Assembly: GCA_963755715.1 (NCBI GenBank) | Contig: CAVWLW010000002.1 | Location: 39,345-103,344 of the forward strand | DNA from: an uncultured delta proteobacterium | Lineage (GTDB): Bacteria; Desulfobacterota; Binatia; UBA9968 | Reading direction: 5' to 3' | DNA length: 64,000 nt | Shown here: positions 20,001 through 31,573 of the stretch, in pieces | Layout of the letters: each line of letters opens with the position of its first letter | How positions within the stretch are numbered: position 1 is the stretch's first letter | Program-made: the position numbers and the translations under genes | Notes under the pieces: generated by a model | Database searches by the model: none | What the model saw: the letters and a program-made list of their open reading frames with translations, nothing else | What the model was told of the DNA's origin: nothing

Positions 20001-21485
20001 TCAAAGCGGCGTTACGCTCGCAGGTGGTTTGCGATGCCGCGTTGCTTGTTCGTAGCCATAAGCATACTGAATCATCTTACCGTCATCGTAGGGTCTTCCC
20101 AGGAACGTAATCCCGGCCGGTAACTGATCCCGGGTAAATCCTGCGGGCACGACGATCGACGGCACGTAGACCAAAAATGTGTTGATGTGCGGCGCGCCTT
20201 TTTGATCGACATAGGGCGGGTTGACGCCGTCCTTGATCAGAGTCGGTTGGTGTTCGACCGCCTTATGAACGATGGCGTCGAGGCGCCGATCGGCCATTAC
20301 TTTCAATAAATTATTCATCAACTGCTCGCGCGCTTTCAGATATTCATAATGGGCTTCTTCGCTGGCTCGCCGCATCCAGCGTTCACGCGCGCGCTTGACG
20401 ACCTTTTCGAACACAGGCGCGTTCATCGCCTCCGCCCGCGATTTGTAGGGCGCCTGCTTGCTACGGCTCATGTAGGTCTTAAATGATTCCTCTTCATCGG
20501 TGAAGCTGCCGGCTCGTTTGGCCAAGAGCACTTTAAGGTCCGGAATCTCGACCGGGTCGACAATTTCCGCGCCGGCGGCTCTTAAATCTGCCACTGCTTT
20601 ATCGAAGACTTCTGAGATTTTGTTGAAGTCCTCCGACCCTGGCTCGGCGTCATAGCCCATCGACTCGCGCAGTATTCCAAAGCGCGCGCCGTGCAGGCCT
20701 TGCTTATCAAGGAACGCGGTGAAGCTTTGGCGAATCCGGCCGACGCCGTGTGCGGTGACAGGATCGTCAGGATCGTAGCCGGCCATCACGTCCAACAGTT
20801 TCGTCAAGTCGGTAACCGTGCGCGCCATCGGGCCGAGCGAGCCGTTAACCGAGGGCCAGCCGGCGAACACACCGGAGCGACTCACCAGGCCCGCGGTGGG
20901 GCGCATGCCGACGACACAGTTCCAGGTCGAAGGACGACGGATCGAAGCGAACCCTTCCTGACCGACCGCGACGGTGCAGAAGTTGGCGGACACGCTCGCG
21001 CCTGACCCGCCGGAAGAGCCGCCCGCCGTGCGCGCCAGATCGTAAGGATTTTTCGTCGAGCCGAACAGCGAGCCGTGCGTATCACCGCCGCCAAGCTCGC
21101 CAAGCGTCGCTTTGGCGAGAATGATCGCGCCGGCTTTTTTGAGCTTATCGACGACAAAGGCGTCGCGGTCGGGATAATAGTCTTTGAACAGCACGGAGCC
21201 GAGCGTGGTCGGCATGCCCACCGCATCGCCTTGGTCTTTCATGATGATCGGAACGCCGTGCAAGGGCCCGACGAATGCACCGGCTTTGAATGCCGCATCT
21301 AGGCGGTCCGCTTCTTTTAGCGCTGCGGGATTGATGGTAATGATCGCATTAATTGCCGGGCCTTGACGATCGTAATTTTCGATGCGGTCGAGATAGCTCT
21401 GCACGAGTTGCCGGCAAGTCAATTGGCCGGACCGATACGCGGCATGCACGTCAGCGATGGTGGTTTCCAGGACGTCAAAGCTCAT
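20001..21485 (-). CDS. Amidase signature family protein
   Basis: GPLHGVPIIMKD, GGSSGGSG, SIRRPS catalytic motifs. Confidence 0.9.
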   Translation of the reverse strand: MSFDVLETTIADVHAAYRSGQLTCRQLVQSYLDRIENYDRQGPAINAIITINPAALKEADRLDAAFKAGAFVGPLHGVPIIMKDQGDAVGMPTTLGSVLFKDYYPDRDAFVVDKLKKAGAIILAKATLGELGGGDTHGSLFGSTKNPYDLARTAGGSSGGSGASVSANFCTVAVGQEGFASIRRPSTWNCVVGMRPTAGLVSRSGVFAGWPSVNGSLGPMARTVTDLTKLLDVMAGYDPDDPVTAHGVGRIRQSFTAFLDKQGLHGARFGILRESMGYDAEPGSEDFNKISEVFDKAVADLRAAGAEIVDPVEIPDLKVLLAKRAGSFTDEEESFKTYMSRSKQAPYKSRAEAMNAPVFEKVVKRARERWMRRASEEAHYEYLKAREQLMNNLLKVMADRRLDAIVHKAVEHQPTLIKDGVNPPYVDQKGAPHINTFLVYVPSIVVPAGFTRDQLPAGITFLGRPYDDGKMIQYAYGYEQATRHRKPPASVTPL

Positions 21486-21969
21486 GGGGCGATCCTTCCC
21501 TGTGTCGATAATGTCTAACTACTGCACCGGTTTAAAAATGTCTAGCGACGGCACTGACGGAGAGTCCCAGTTTTAACTTCCACGGATGCCGCCGAGTTTC
21601 GGCGCGCTCTCGCTGGCGCGCCGGCAGCCGTGTCCTCATGGGTAGTCTTATCTCTATCTGATGGACTTGATAACGACGAAAGATGTCGGCCAACCGCGCA
21701 GTGGACCGCGCCGCTTGGCTGGCCATTCACGAGACCTGTTGCCGCACCGGCGACAACGGCCGGCCGATGCGCAGCGTTCTACAATACGACCCCGCCCACG
21801 AGGGCGCCAAAAGAAATATCGAGCAAGCCGAGCGGATGCTCAAAGGTTTGCAGGTGCGCCAACAAAAGCAGGGACGCTAAAGTCCCGGCCCTCGCCGCCG
21901 CTATTCAGAAATGTCAATTGGGTTTGAACTTGCCCGCGACAACATCGTTGTGCGCATCATCCGAATTAG

Positions 21970-22852
21970 CTAGACCTTGTCTGTTTGGACGGCCATAAAT
22001 TGCCGTTCGATCTTTTGCCAGTCATCCAGGGCGACGACGCGGTCGCGCTCTTTGAAAGTCGTGAGCATTGCATCGATCGATTCGGTCGTGCCTTCGCGTT
22101 TGAGCGTGGCAAGCGTTGTGCGCATGGCGTGAATCGCCGCGCGTTGCGTCTCCGAAGGATAGATTGCGATCCGGTAGCCCATTTGTTCGAGGCGCTGCAT
22201 GGGCAGCATCGGCGTCTTGCCGCCTTTGAAGACGTTTACGAGCAGCGGGACATCGGGAATCCGGCGCGGAATTTCGGCCAGCTCTTCTTCCGATTGCGGC
22301 GCTTCGACAAAGATCGCGTCGACGCCGAGCTTGGCGAAGGCTCGCGCTCTTTGGATCGCGTCGTCGAAGCCGTTGACGCCGCGCGCGTCGGTGCGAGCGA
22401 TGATGCAGAAATCCGGATCGGTACGGGTCTTCAGCGCGGCTGCTAATTTCATTTCCATCTCGCTAAGAGGAATCACTTCTTTGCCGTCCAAGTGGCCGCA
22501 GCGCTTGGGCGTGATCTGGTCTTCGATATGGATCGCCGCCACGCCGGCCCGCTCAAATTCTCGCACGCTACGCACGAGATTCACCGCGTTGCCATAACCG
22601 GTGTCGGCATCGGCGATGATCGGAATCTTTATCGCCGAGACTACCTGTACGGCTCGCTCGATCGATTCCGACATGGTGACGAGGCCGATGTCAGGGATGC
22701 CCATGCTGCGCGCGACCGCGCCGCCGCTCAGATAGGCGGCTTCAAAACCGGCTTCCTCGACGAGTCGGGCCGAAAGACCGTTGAAACAGCCGGGCGCGAC
22801 CAATAATGTTGTTGCGTTGCAGCAGTTGCTTGAGTACTTGCCGTGGGTTCAT
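21970..22852 (-). CDS. prpB: 2-methylisocitrate lyase-like (ICL/PEP mutase family); N-terminal frameshift near 22805
   Basis: DADTGYG, HIEDQ..PKRCGH, ARTDA. Downstream of prpC/prpD; true ATG at 22852 has a GAGG RBS. Confidence 0.75.
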
Positions 22853-22940
22853 GTATCACCTCAGAATAGTTAAAGCTGTTTCGAGTCTATGGTCTAGAGT
22901 CTCGTGTCTCGATTTTCGACTCAATGCTAGCCACGAGACT

Positions 22941-24378
22941 CTAGACAGCTTTCACGAACATGTCAGTAAACTCATCGACGGGCGTTGCGTCGAGCGTCTT
23001 GGCATCCTTACAAACGCGCATAATCGCGTCGCATTGCTCCGGCGCGAAGCGCGACGCCAGATTGGCTGCGAATTTTTTCACCAGCAGCGGCATGCCTTCG
23101 GCGCGGCGGCGGCGGTGGCCGATCGGATATTCGACGGCAACTTTCTCGGTGCTCGACCCATCTTTGAAAAAAACTTGAACGGCGTTGGCGATGGAGCGCT
23201 TCTCGGGGTCGAGATAGTCTTTCGAATACTGGGGATCTTCGACGCAGATCATTTTGTCGCGCAAGGCATCGATGCGCGGATCACGCGCAATCGTATCTTC
23301 GTAATGATCGGCGGTGAGTTCGCCGAAGATCAAACCAACGGCGGTCATATACTGAATGCAATGGTCGCGGTCGGCGGGATTGTGCAACGGTCCGGACTTA
23401 TCGATGATGCGGATCGCCGATTCCTGGGTGGTGATAATGACCCTTTCGATTTGCTCAAGCCGATCCTTCACCCTGTCGTGCAAGTTGAAGCGCGCACTCC
23501 ACCGCGGTCTGCGCATGAAACTCGGCAGGAAAGGAGATTTTGAACAGCACATTTTCCATCACGTACGATCCGAGCGGCCGGCCGAGGATGAACGGCTTTC
23601 CTTTGAAAAGCACGTCGTAAAATCCCCATTGCTTGGCCGTAAGCGCCGACGGATAACCCATCTCGCCTTGCATGGCCATGAGGGCCAAACGCACACCGCG
23701 GCTGGTGGCGTCGCCCGCCGCCCATGATTTGCGCGGGCCGGTGTTGGGCGTGTGGCGGTAAAGGCGCAACGCGCCGCCGTCGGTCCAGGCGTTGGAGAGA
23801 GCGCTGATGATCTGATTTTTGTTGCCACCGAGCATCGCTGTCGCGACGGCGGCGGTGGCGACTCGGACGAGCAGCACATGATCGAGCCCGACTCGGTTGT
23901 AACTATTCTCCAGTGCCAGGATTCCCTGGATCTCGTGCGCTTTGATCATCGCTGCCAGGACGTCAGCCACGGTAAAGGTTTTCTGCTTGACGCGGCTGAG
24001 GTAGTCGGCGAGGGCAAGAATGCCGCCGAGATTGTCCGATGGATGGCCCCATTCGGCGGCGAGCCAGGTGTCGTTGAAATCGAGCCAGCGGATCATCGCG
24101 CCGATGTTGAACGCCGCCTGCACCGGATCGAGCTGCCACGCGGTGCCCGGGACGCGCGCGCCGTCGATTAAAGTCGCGCCGGGCACAACCGGTCCTAAAT
24201 GTTTCACGCATTCGGGATAGCGCAGCGCGAGCAAGCCGCAGCCGAGCGTGTCGATGAGATTGTAGCGGGCGGTGTCGATCGCTTCGCGGCTGTCGACAAC
24301 GTAGTTCGCGGCGTATTCTGCGAGCTCGACGATCAGCTCATCCGGCGCAGGACGAATATTTGAAACCGTGTCGCTCAT
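22941..24378 (-). CDS. prpD: 2-methylcitrate dehydratase; frameshift near 23490
   Basis: [62 protein letters not shown]. Confidence 0.9.
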
Positions 24379-25511
24379 TATCGCTTACCAATCGGCACAA
24401 AAACGCGCGGGTCGGGACCGATGTAATCGGCATTGGGTCGAATGAGCCGATTGTCCGCGCGCTGCTCGATGATATGCGCCGCCCAGCCGGTGATGCGGGA
24501 AATGACAAACAGCGGCGTAAACATGGCGGTCGGGATGCCGCAGAAGTGATAGGCGCTGGCGCTGTAAAAATCCAAGTTCGGAAACATCTTCTTTTCGCGC
24601 CGCATGACTTGTTCGAGCCGCTCGGAAACCGGAAAGAGGCGGTGATCACCATTGGCCTCGCCGAGCTTTTTCGCCCAAGCCTTGATGACATCCGAGCGCG
24701 GGTCGGAGATTTTGTAAACGCGATGGCCGAAGCCCATGATGAGCTTTTTGGCGGCGAGCATGTCCATCAGTCCTTTTTCCGCCTCGTCGGGCGTCGCGAA
24801 CTTTTCGATCAACTCCATGGCCGCTTCATTGGCCCCGCCATGCAACGGCCCGCGCAGCGCGCCGATTCCGCCGGTGACCGCGGAATAAAAATCGGGCAGG
24901 GTCGAAACAATGGTCCGCGCCGTGAAAGTCGAGGCGTTGAACTCATGTTCGGCATAAAGGATCAGCGATACATCGATGGCGCGGCGGTGCAGCTCATCGG
25001 GCTTTTTGCCGTGGAGCAAATGCAGCAAGTGGCCGGCGGTGCTGTCGTCGTCCGTTTCGGTATCGAGGCGCGTGCCGTTTTCATGAAACTGGTGCCAGTA
25101 GAAAAGCATCGCGCTGAAGCAAGCGGTAAGACGATTGGCGACGGCGATTTGATCGTGGCCGGGCCCTTCGGGCTCGAGCGTGCCGAGCATCGAGCATCCG
25201 GTGCGCATCACATCCATCGGATGGGTGCTGCGCGGGATAAGCTCTAAAACGGTTTTCAGCGCCGCCGGCAAGCCGCGCAGCCCACGCAGCTTCGCTTTGT
25301 ATTCATCGAGCTCGGCGCGCTTGGGCAGTTGTCCATAAATCAGCAAGTAAGCGACTTCTTCGAAAGTCGAATGCTCGGCCAGATCGTAGATGGAATAGCC
25401 GCGATAGGTAAGCCCCTTGCCTTCTTTTCCCACCGTCGCGATTGCGGTGTGGCCGGCGACAATGCCGGCGAGTCCTGCTCCTGGTTCCATTGCCATACAT
25501 TTTCCCTCCAA
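24378..25511 (-). CDS. prpC: 2-methylcitrate synthase
   Basis: [34 protein letters not shown]; adjacent to prpD. Confidence 0.9.
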   Translation of the reverse strand: MEGKCMAMEPGAGLAGIVAGHTAIATVGKEGKGLTYRGYSIYDLAEHSTFEEVAYLLIYGQLPKRAELDEYKAKLRGLRGLPAALKTVLELIPRSTHPMDVMRTGCSMLGTLEPEGPGHDQIAVANRLTACFSAMLFYWHQFHENGTRLDTETDDDSTAGHLLHLLHGKKPDELHRRAIDVSLILYAEHEFNASTFTARTIVSTLPDFYSAVTGGIGALRGPLHGGANEAAMELIEKFATPDEAEKGLMDMLAAKKLIMGFGHRVYKISDPRSDVIKAWAKKLGEANGDHRLFPVSERLEQVMRREKKMFPNLDFYSASAYHFCGIPTAMFTPLFVISRITGWAAHIIEQRADNRLIRPNADYIGPDPRVFVPIGKR

Positions 25512-25637
25512 GTCCTATTTGCACCGAAGATCGAGTCCATTTCAAGTTGTCTAATTCTTTTCTGCGGCTCTTGACAGTTTGCCTCTACATTCGGTACCGC
25601 TTGAGAGAAGAATTTATCAGAGATTAGGAGTGGACGC

Positions 25638-26639
25638 ATGGCTTTACCGCAGACATTTAAAGCGATGGTCGTTTCCGAGACCGCAGAAAAAACTTTCTCG
25701 CGGGAGGTCCGCGAGCGTGCGCTGGGCGATTTGCCGGCGGGAGAGCTGATCATCGAAGTCAAATATTCTTCCTTGAATTACAAAGACGCGCTGTCCGCCA
25801 CTGGCAATAAGGGCGTCACCAGAAAATATCCGCACACGCCCGGCATCGATGCCGCGGGCGTCGTGGCCGACTCGACGACCAAACTTTTCACCGTCGGTGA
25901 TCAAGTGACAGTGACGGGTTTCGACCTCGGCATGAACACATCCGGCGGCTTCGCCCGGTACATCAGCGTGCCGGCCCTTTGGGCGACTAAATTGCCGCAA
26001 GGATTATCGCTGAAAGATAGCATGAGCCACGGCACCGCCGGCCTCACCGCGGCGCTGTGCATCATTCGTTTGATGGCAAGCGGATTGACCAAAGAATCAG
26101 GCGAAGTGCTGGTGACCGGCGCGAGCGGCGGCGTCGGCAGCGTGGCGGTCGCGATTCTCGCCAAGTTAGGTTTCAATGTCGTCGCCGCGACTGGAAAAGC
26201 GAGCGAGCATGATTTTCTGAGTGGCTTGGGCGCCAAAGCGATTATTTCCCGTGAAGAAGCGAACGATACGTCCGGCCGCCCGTTGCAAAAACCGCGATGG
26301 GCCGGTGTCGTCGATACCGTCGGCGGCAATATTCTTGCGACCGCGCTTAAGACGACAAAGTACGCTGGCCTGGTCGCCGCCTGCGGCAACGCCATGTCCG
26401 CCGAGCTCAACGTCAACGTTTTCCCATTCATCTTGCGCGGCGTCAGTTTGCTCGGCGTCGACTCGGTCGAGATTCCCATGCGCGCGCGGCAGATGGCGTG
26501 GAACAAGCTCGCCGGCGAGTGGAGTATCGATGTGGGCAGCCTTGTAACCGAGGTTTCGCTTGAAGAATTGAATCCGAAGATCGATGAGATTCTCAAAGGC
26601 GGTATCCGCGGCCGGGTGCTGATCAATCTCAGCAAATAA
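25638..26639 (+). CDS. acuI: Acryloyl-CoA reductase AcuI/YhdH family oxidoreductase
   Basis: YSSLNYKDAL, GIDAAG, VLVTGASGGVG, PFILRGV.LLG.DS; AGGAG RBS. Confidence 0.85.
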   Translation: MALPQTFKAMVVSETAEKTFSREVRERALGDLPAGELIIEVKYSSLNYKDALSATGNKGVTRKYPHTPGIDAAGVVADSTTKLFTVGDQVTVTGFDLGMNTSGGFARYISVPALWATKLPQGLSLKDSMSHGTAGLTAALCIIRLMASGLTKESGEVLVTGASGGVGSVAVAILAKLGFNVVAATGKASEHDFLSGLGAKAIISREEANDTSGRPLQKPRWAGVVDTVGGNILATALKTTKYAGLVAACGNAMSAELNVNVFPFILRGVSLLGVDSVEIPMRARQMAWNKLAGEWSIDVGSLVTEVSLEELNPKIDEILKGGIRGRVLINLSK

Positions 26640-26652
26640 ACCCTAAAAGATA

Positions 26653-26908
26653 TCTCACCACGAAGGACCGAGTGCACGAAATTAGAAAGTTCGTATTCGA
26701 ACTCGTATTCTAAGTCAAAAATTTGCGCGGCCTGGCATAATCGGCATCGAAAGTCTCGGAGTCGAATTCCTCCGCCAAGGCGCCAAGGTATGGGGAGGAC
26801 AAAGACTCTTATCAAGATTTTCACCCAATCCCGAACTTTGCGCCTTGCGTCTTGCGAGATACTCCGAGTTCGGTTGCGACTCAGCCGCACTGGGTTCTTC
26901 GTGGTGAA
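26653..26908. repeat. Nested REP-like inverted repeat pairs
   Basis: Outer TCACCACGAAG(26655)...CTTCGTGGTGA(26897); inner CGCCAAGGCGCCAAG(26773)...CTTTGCGCCTTGCGTCTTGCG(26836). Confidence 0.65.
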
Positions 26909-26925
26909 CGAATATTTTTCGGATC

Positions 26926-29345
26926 ATGCAGAACGGTAATCACTTGGCAGAAACAAACATCGACGAGTCCGCTTTAGGCCATCTTCGCGTCGTCGAGCTC
27001 GGCGATATTCCCGCATCCTACGCGGCGCGCTGGCTCGCCGACCTCGGCGCCGACGTCATTAAAATCGAACCGCCCGGTGGCGATCCGAATCGTCTGCTGC
27101 CGCCGTTCGCCGGCAATATCGAACATCCCGAGCGCAGCCTGACGTTTATTCACGCCAACACCAACAAGCGCAGCATCGTTCTCGATCTCGAACGCGAAAG
27201 CGACCGCGAGACTTTCACCAAGCTGCTGGCGTCGGCAAATCTATTTATTGAAGCGACGCCGCTCGGTTATCTAGAGGAATTCGGTTTCGACGACACGTGT
27301 TTCAAAGAGAAATTTCCAAACTTGGTTGTCGTTTCGCTGACGCCTTTCGGCCGCACGGGGCCCTATCGCCATTACAAAGGCAGTGATGCCATCACCAACG
27401 CCACCGGCGGGTTTCTGTTTGGCCAAGGCGACAACACCAAAGGGCAATGCACGGCGCCGAGCCATCTCGCATATCAAGTGGCCGGCGCGATGGCGGCGAT
27501 GTTGGGGCTTGCCGGCATTCGCCACGCGCGCGAAACCGGCGCCGGCCAGCGCATCGATATGTCGCTCCAGGAAGCGCTGACTTTCACCAACAGCAGCTCC
27601 ATCGCGCGCTACAGCCGCGAGAATCGGCTCGAGCGCCGTCCCGGCGGAAAATCCTACGGCGGCGCGGGAACGAACATTTATCGCTGCAAAGACGGCCGCT
27701 ACGTTCACTTCACCACGAACATGCCGCACATGTGGAAGGAGTTTGCGCAGAACTGGATGACCGATAAGTCCCTCGCCGGACCCGAATGGGAAAATCCGCG
27801 CTATCGCGACGAACACTCCAATGAAGTCTCCCGGGCGTTTGCCGCTTTCATCGGTCAATTCGGCGCCGATGAATTCGCCAACCAAGCGCAGGCGCGCCAT
27901 CTTGCCGCGGCGCCGCTCAATACCATCGGCCAGTTCGTCGACTGCGAACAGAATCGCGCGCGCGAGTGGCTGCAAGAGATCGAGCATCCGGTGATCGGTA
28001 AATACCGCGCGCCGGGCGCACCGATGCGTCTGTCGCTCACGCCCATGCGCGTGCGTCGCGCCGCGCCGTTGCTCGATCAGCATCGAAAAGAGATTCTTGC
28101 GGAACTTGAGAAACTATCACCGAGCTCTCAGGAAAAAAGAGTCGATGAAGTACAGAGCGCGGCGGCCGATGCTCACTGGCCTGCGTATGGCCGACTTGAC
28201 CCAGCAGTACGCGGGACCGCTGGGAACTGCATTGCTGGCGTATTACGGCATGGAAGTAGTCAAGATCGAGACCGGCACGATTCCAAGCAAAGAACGGGAA
28301 GCGGCGGTGCACGCTTGCATGAACCGGGCGAAGGTCGGCTGCACGCTCAACTTGCGTAATCCCGAAGGAAAAGAATTATTCAAACAGCTGGTCGCGAAAT
28401 CTGATGTGGTCGTCGATAACTTCAGCTCCGGCGTGTTGGAAAGGCTGGGTTTTGGTTTCGACGTTTTGCAGCAAATCAATCCCGGCATCGTGCAAGCGGT
28501 CATGCCCGGCTGGGGATTGACGGGCCCGCTGAAATCCTGGGTTGCCTGGGGCTGGCAGTTGCTCGCTTACACCGGAATCATGCGGCTTTGGGGTTATCCC
28601 GACTCGCCGATGGAAACCCGCTGCAAGATTGCCTGGCCGGACCGCGTCGGGTCGGTGACGATGGCGCTCGGCGTACTCGCCGCGTTGGAATATCAAGCGC
28701 GCACGGGAAAGGGCCAGTTCATCGAAGCCGGCATGCTCGAAGCTCAAGGCTCGATGATGGGACCGGCGATTCTCGACTACACGGTTAACGGCAATGAATG
28801 GGACGCGTTGGGTTACCGAGAAATTCTCGGCGAACCCTACGCGCCGTACGGCTGTTATCCGTGTTACGGCGAAGATAACTGGATCATCATCGCCTGCGCC
28901 GGCGACGAAGAATGGCAAAGCATGGTGAAAATCATCGGTAAGTCATCGTGGGCCGCCGACGCGAAGTTCGCGACCAAAGCAGGACGAAAAGCGAGCCAAG
29001 AAGAGCTTGATCGAAAACTTTCCGAGTGGACACGCAAATACACGGCAAAACAAGTTTTTCGTTTACTGCAGGAAAGCGGGCGTGGCCGCCGGTATTCCAT
29101 CGTCCGGAGAAGATCTTTTTCACGACATCCATCTGCGCGCGCGCGGCCACGTCGTCGAAACCGACGGGCAGCCTTGGGGTAAAATGATGCATCACGGTTT
29201 GCCGGGCATTCCGTCTATTTCGGCCGCCAACGCCGCGCGCCCGGCGCCGTGGATCGGCGCGCACAATGATCACGTGTTCGGTGAGATTCTGGGTTTGAGC
29301 AAAGAGAAGATTGAGGAACTCAAGAAAGCAGAGGCGATCAAGTAA
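26926..29345 (+). CDS. Class III CoA-transferase (CaiB/BaiF), two tandem domains; frameshifts near 28135 and 29080
   Basis: LADLGADVIKIEPPGGD, N.NKRSI.LDL, AP.L.QH; second domain MNRAK..TLNL, DVVVDNF, PAPWIGAHN. Either one fused gene or two coupled genes. Confidence 0.8.
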
Positions 29346-29371
29346 TTCAGCTGCCGCTTGCTTACCTACGG

Positions 29372-29871
29372 TGTCATTTCGACCAAAGGGAGAAATCTTT
29401 CTTCTCTCCTTCCCGCCAGGACAATGCCCACTGAAAATCGCTATTACGTTTATCTTCTGACTAACTGGAATCACCGAGTCATGTACGTCGGAGTCACCAA
29501 CGATTTGGTGCGGCGCCTCTACGAACACAAAAACAAACTCGTCAGAGGATTCACCGAAGAAGTACAACGTGAGCAAACTTGTCTACTTCGAGGAAACCAA
29601 GGATGTGCATAGCGCTCTCGCGCGCGAAAAGGAAATCAAGAAATGGCGCCGGGAGAAGAAGGATGCTTTAGTGGTCAGCATGAATCCGGAGTGGAAGGAG
29701 CTTTCGGAAGAGGGGAAGGATTTCTCCCTGCGGTCGAAATGACAGAATGGGACGGACATCGCGCTGTTCCGAAATATGCCGTGTCGAGTGATCTGCTTCG
29801 AATTTCTGTCGGCGATACTAACTCGACGGCACTCTCCACAGGTTTGTCATTTCGACCAACGGGAGAAATCT
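29372..29871. repeat. Three copies of a 27-bp TGTCATTTCGACC-N3-GGGAGAAATC repeat
   Basis: 29372-29398 (+), 29718-29744 (inverted), 29845-29871 (+). Confidence 0.85.
29424..29742 (+). CDS. Small GIY-YIG nuclease (UPF0213/YhbQ-like); frameshift near 29558
   Basis: YYVYLLTN...MYVGVTNDLVRRLYEHK...GFT | KYNVSKLVYFE...ALAREKEIKKWRREKK...NPEWKEL. Confidence 0.85.
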
Positions 29872-29891
29872 TTCCGAAATTTCGCGGCGCT

Positions 29892-30326
29892 CTACGCCGG
29901 CCGAAACTTCGGCAGCGTGTACTCCTCGTTGTCCTCGTAGACCACTTCCACCGTCATGCCGATCTTTACCTGATCGGGCGGACAGCCGATGACGTTGCTG
30001 ATCAGGCGCGGGCCTTCGTCGAGATCGACGAGCGAAACATTGTAAGGTGTCTTGCCTTCATAGGACGGGTGCCAAGCGCGGTGATAGCTCACGAACGAGT
30101 AGACTTTGCCTTTACCGCTGAGCTGCGTCCATTCATAATCCGTCGACAGGCAGTGCGGACAGGAGCCTTGCGGCGGGTAGGTGAAAAACTTGCCGCAGGC
30201 TTTGCAGCGCTGAGCCGTGAGTTTGTGCTCGCGTAGATTCGCCCAAAAAGGTTTGGCTTCGAGCTCTTCGAGAAAAGGTTTAACTCTTGCGATTGCTCTG
30301 CCGCGGCTGTCACTGGTTTCGCTCAT
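29892..30326 (-). CDS. DUF35 Zn-ribbon/OB-fold protein
   Basis: QRCKACG...CPHC, SGKGKVYSF, V.L.EGPRL.SN. Overlaps the thiolase stop codon. Confidence 0.9.
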   Translation of the reverse strand: MSETSDSRGRAIARVKPFLEELEAKPFWANLREHKLTAQRCKACGKFFTYPPQGSCPHCLSTDYEWTQLSGKGKVYSFVSYHRAWHPSYEGKTPYNVSLVDLDEGPRLISNVIGCPPDQVKIGMTVEVVYEDNEEYTLPKFRPA

Positions 30327-31477
30327 AAGGCCCCCAAAATTAAACTTGCGTGCATGCACAGGCTGCCGCCGTGGCCGCTGACGATGCCGGCTTTGGCATT
30401 CTTCACCTGGCGCTCCGGTTCGACTTCATTGCCGCGCAGTTGGCGCGCCGCTTCGGTCACGTGCAGCATGCCTTCGATATGCGCTTGCGAGAGCAAGCCG
30501 CCGTGCGTGTTGACCGGCAATTCGCCGCCGACCTCGATACGGCCGTTCTTGACGAAATCTTTGCCTTCGCCTTTTTTGCAAAAGCCGTAATCTTCCAAGG
30601 TGATCATCGTCGTGATCGTGAAGCAGTCGTAAATCTCGGCGAAGTCCATGTCTTTCGGACTCAGTCCGGCCATTTTGTAGGCAAGCGCCGATGAATTTTT
30701 GCCGCCCAATGTCGTCAGGCTCGGCGCGTCCATCAAACTGAAATGGGGATGGTGCTGGCCCATGCCGAGAATCGCCACCGGTTTTTTCGGAAAATCGCGG
30801 GCGCGCTCGGCGCTGGTGACGATGACAGCGCCGCCGCCGTCGGATTCCAAGGCGCAATCGAACAGCCGCAAAGGCTCGCAGATAAAGCGCGAAGCTTGGT
30901 GATCGGCGACGGTCATCGGCTTGCGCATGGTGGCGTTGCCGTTCATGCAGGCATGTTTCCGCGTCGCGACCGCGACGTGGGCAAGATCTTCGCTGGTGGT
31001 GCCGAAGTCGTGCATATGGCGCTGCGCGGCAAAAGCATGATTGGCCACGGCGGAAAAATGGCCCCAGGGTTCTTCCCAATGCTCGTCGCCGTGGCGGATC
31101 GGATTGCCCGGCGAAGGATCGGGGGTGCCGCGCTTGCGCGCGTGCACGCACAGGACGGTGTTCGCCATGCCGGCTTCGATGGCCATGACCGCGTTCTGCA
31201 CCATGGCGATCGGCGTGGCGCCGCCGAGCGCCAAATCGGTGGCGTAGTTCGGCCGCATGCGCGCCATGTTCGACATCCTGACGGCGTAACTTCGGTGCGC
31301 GTCGTTGAGCGGTTGGTTGGTGATAAAGCCGTCCACGTCGGATGCTTTGAGGCCGGCGTCATCGAGGCAGGCTTTGATGCACTCGAGATGCAACGAATGC
31401 GTCGAGGCGTCGGGCCGCTTGCCGACTTTGGTTTCGGCGACGCCGACGATGGCGTACTTGCCGGTGATATTGCTCAT
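30323..31477 (-). CDS. SCP-x/Ltp2-type thiolase-family protein
   Basis: AIVGVAET, EPLRLFDC..ESDGG.A, EIYDCFT, NTHGGLLS.AH; GGAGG RBS. Confidence 0.9.
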   Translation of the reverse strand: MSNITGKYAIVGVAETKVGKRPDASTHSLHLECIKACLDDAGLKASDVDGFITNQPLNDAHRSYAVRMSNMARMRPNYATDLALGGATPIAMVQNAVMAIEAGMANTVLCVHARKRGTPDPSPGNPIRHGDEHWEEPWGHFSAVANHAFAAQRHMHDFGTTSEDLAHVAVATRKHACMNGNATMRKPMTVADHQASRFICEPLRLFDCALESDGGGAVIVTSAERARDFPKKPVAILGMGQHHPHFSLMDAPSLTTLGGKNSSALAYKMAGLSPKDMDFAEIYDCFTITTMITLEDYGFCKKGEGKDFVKNGRIEVGGELPVNTHGGLLSQAHIEGMLHVTEAARQLRGNEVEPERQVKNAKAGIVSGHGGSLCMHASLILGAL

Positions 31478-31495
31478 GAATCCTCCGGATCATAA

Positions 31496-31573
31496 TTGGA
31501 GTAATGGAGTGTTGGAGTGATGGGTGCGGATAAGATGCCAGCACTCCAATACTCCATCACTCCATCGTTCCAT
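31496..31573. repeat. TGGAGT(N2) octamer tandem repeats in inverted arrangement
   Basis: ttggagtaatggagtgttggagtgatgg...cactccaatactccatcactccatcgttcca. Confidence 0.75.

Noticed and set aside
21683-21880. ORF with a TPR-like tail (VLQYDPAHEGAKRNIEQAE)
   Set aside because: Only a short segment looks protein-like and there is no convincing start; possibly a remnant.
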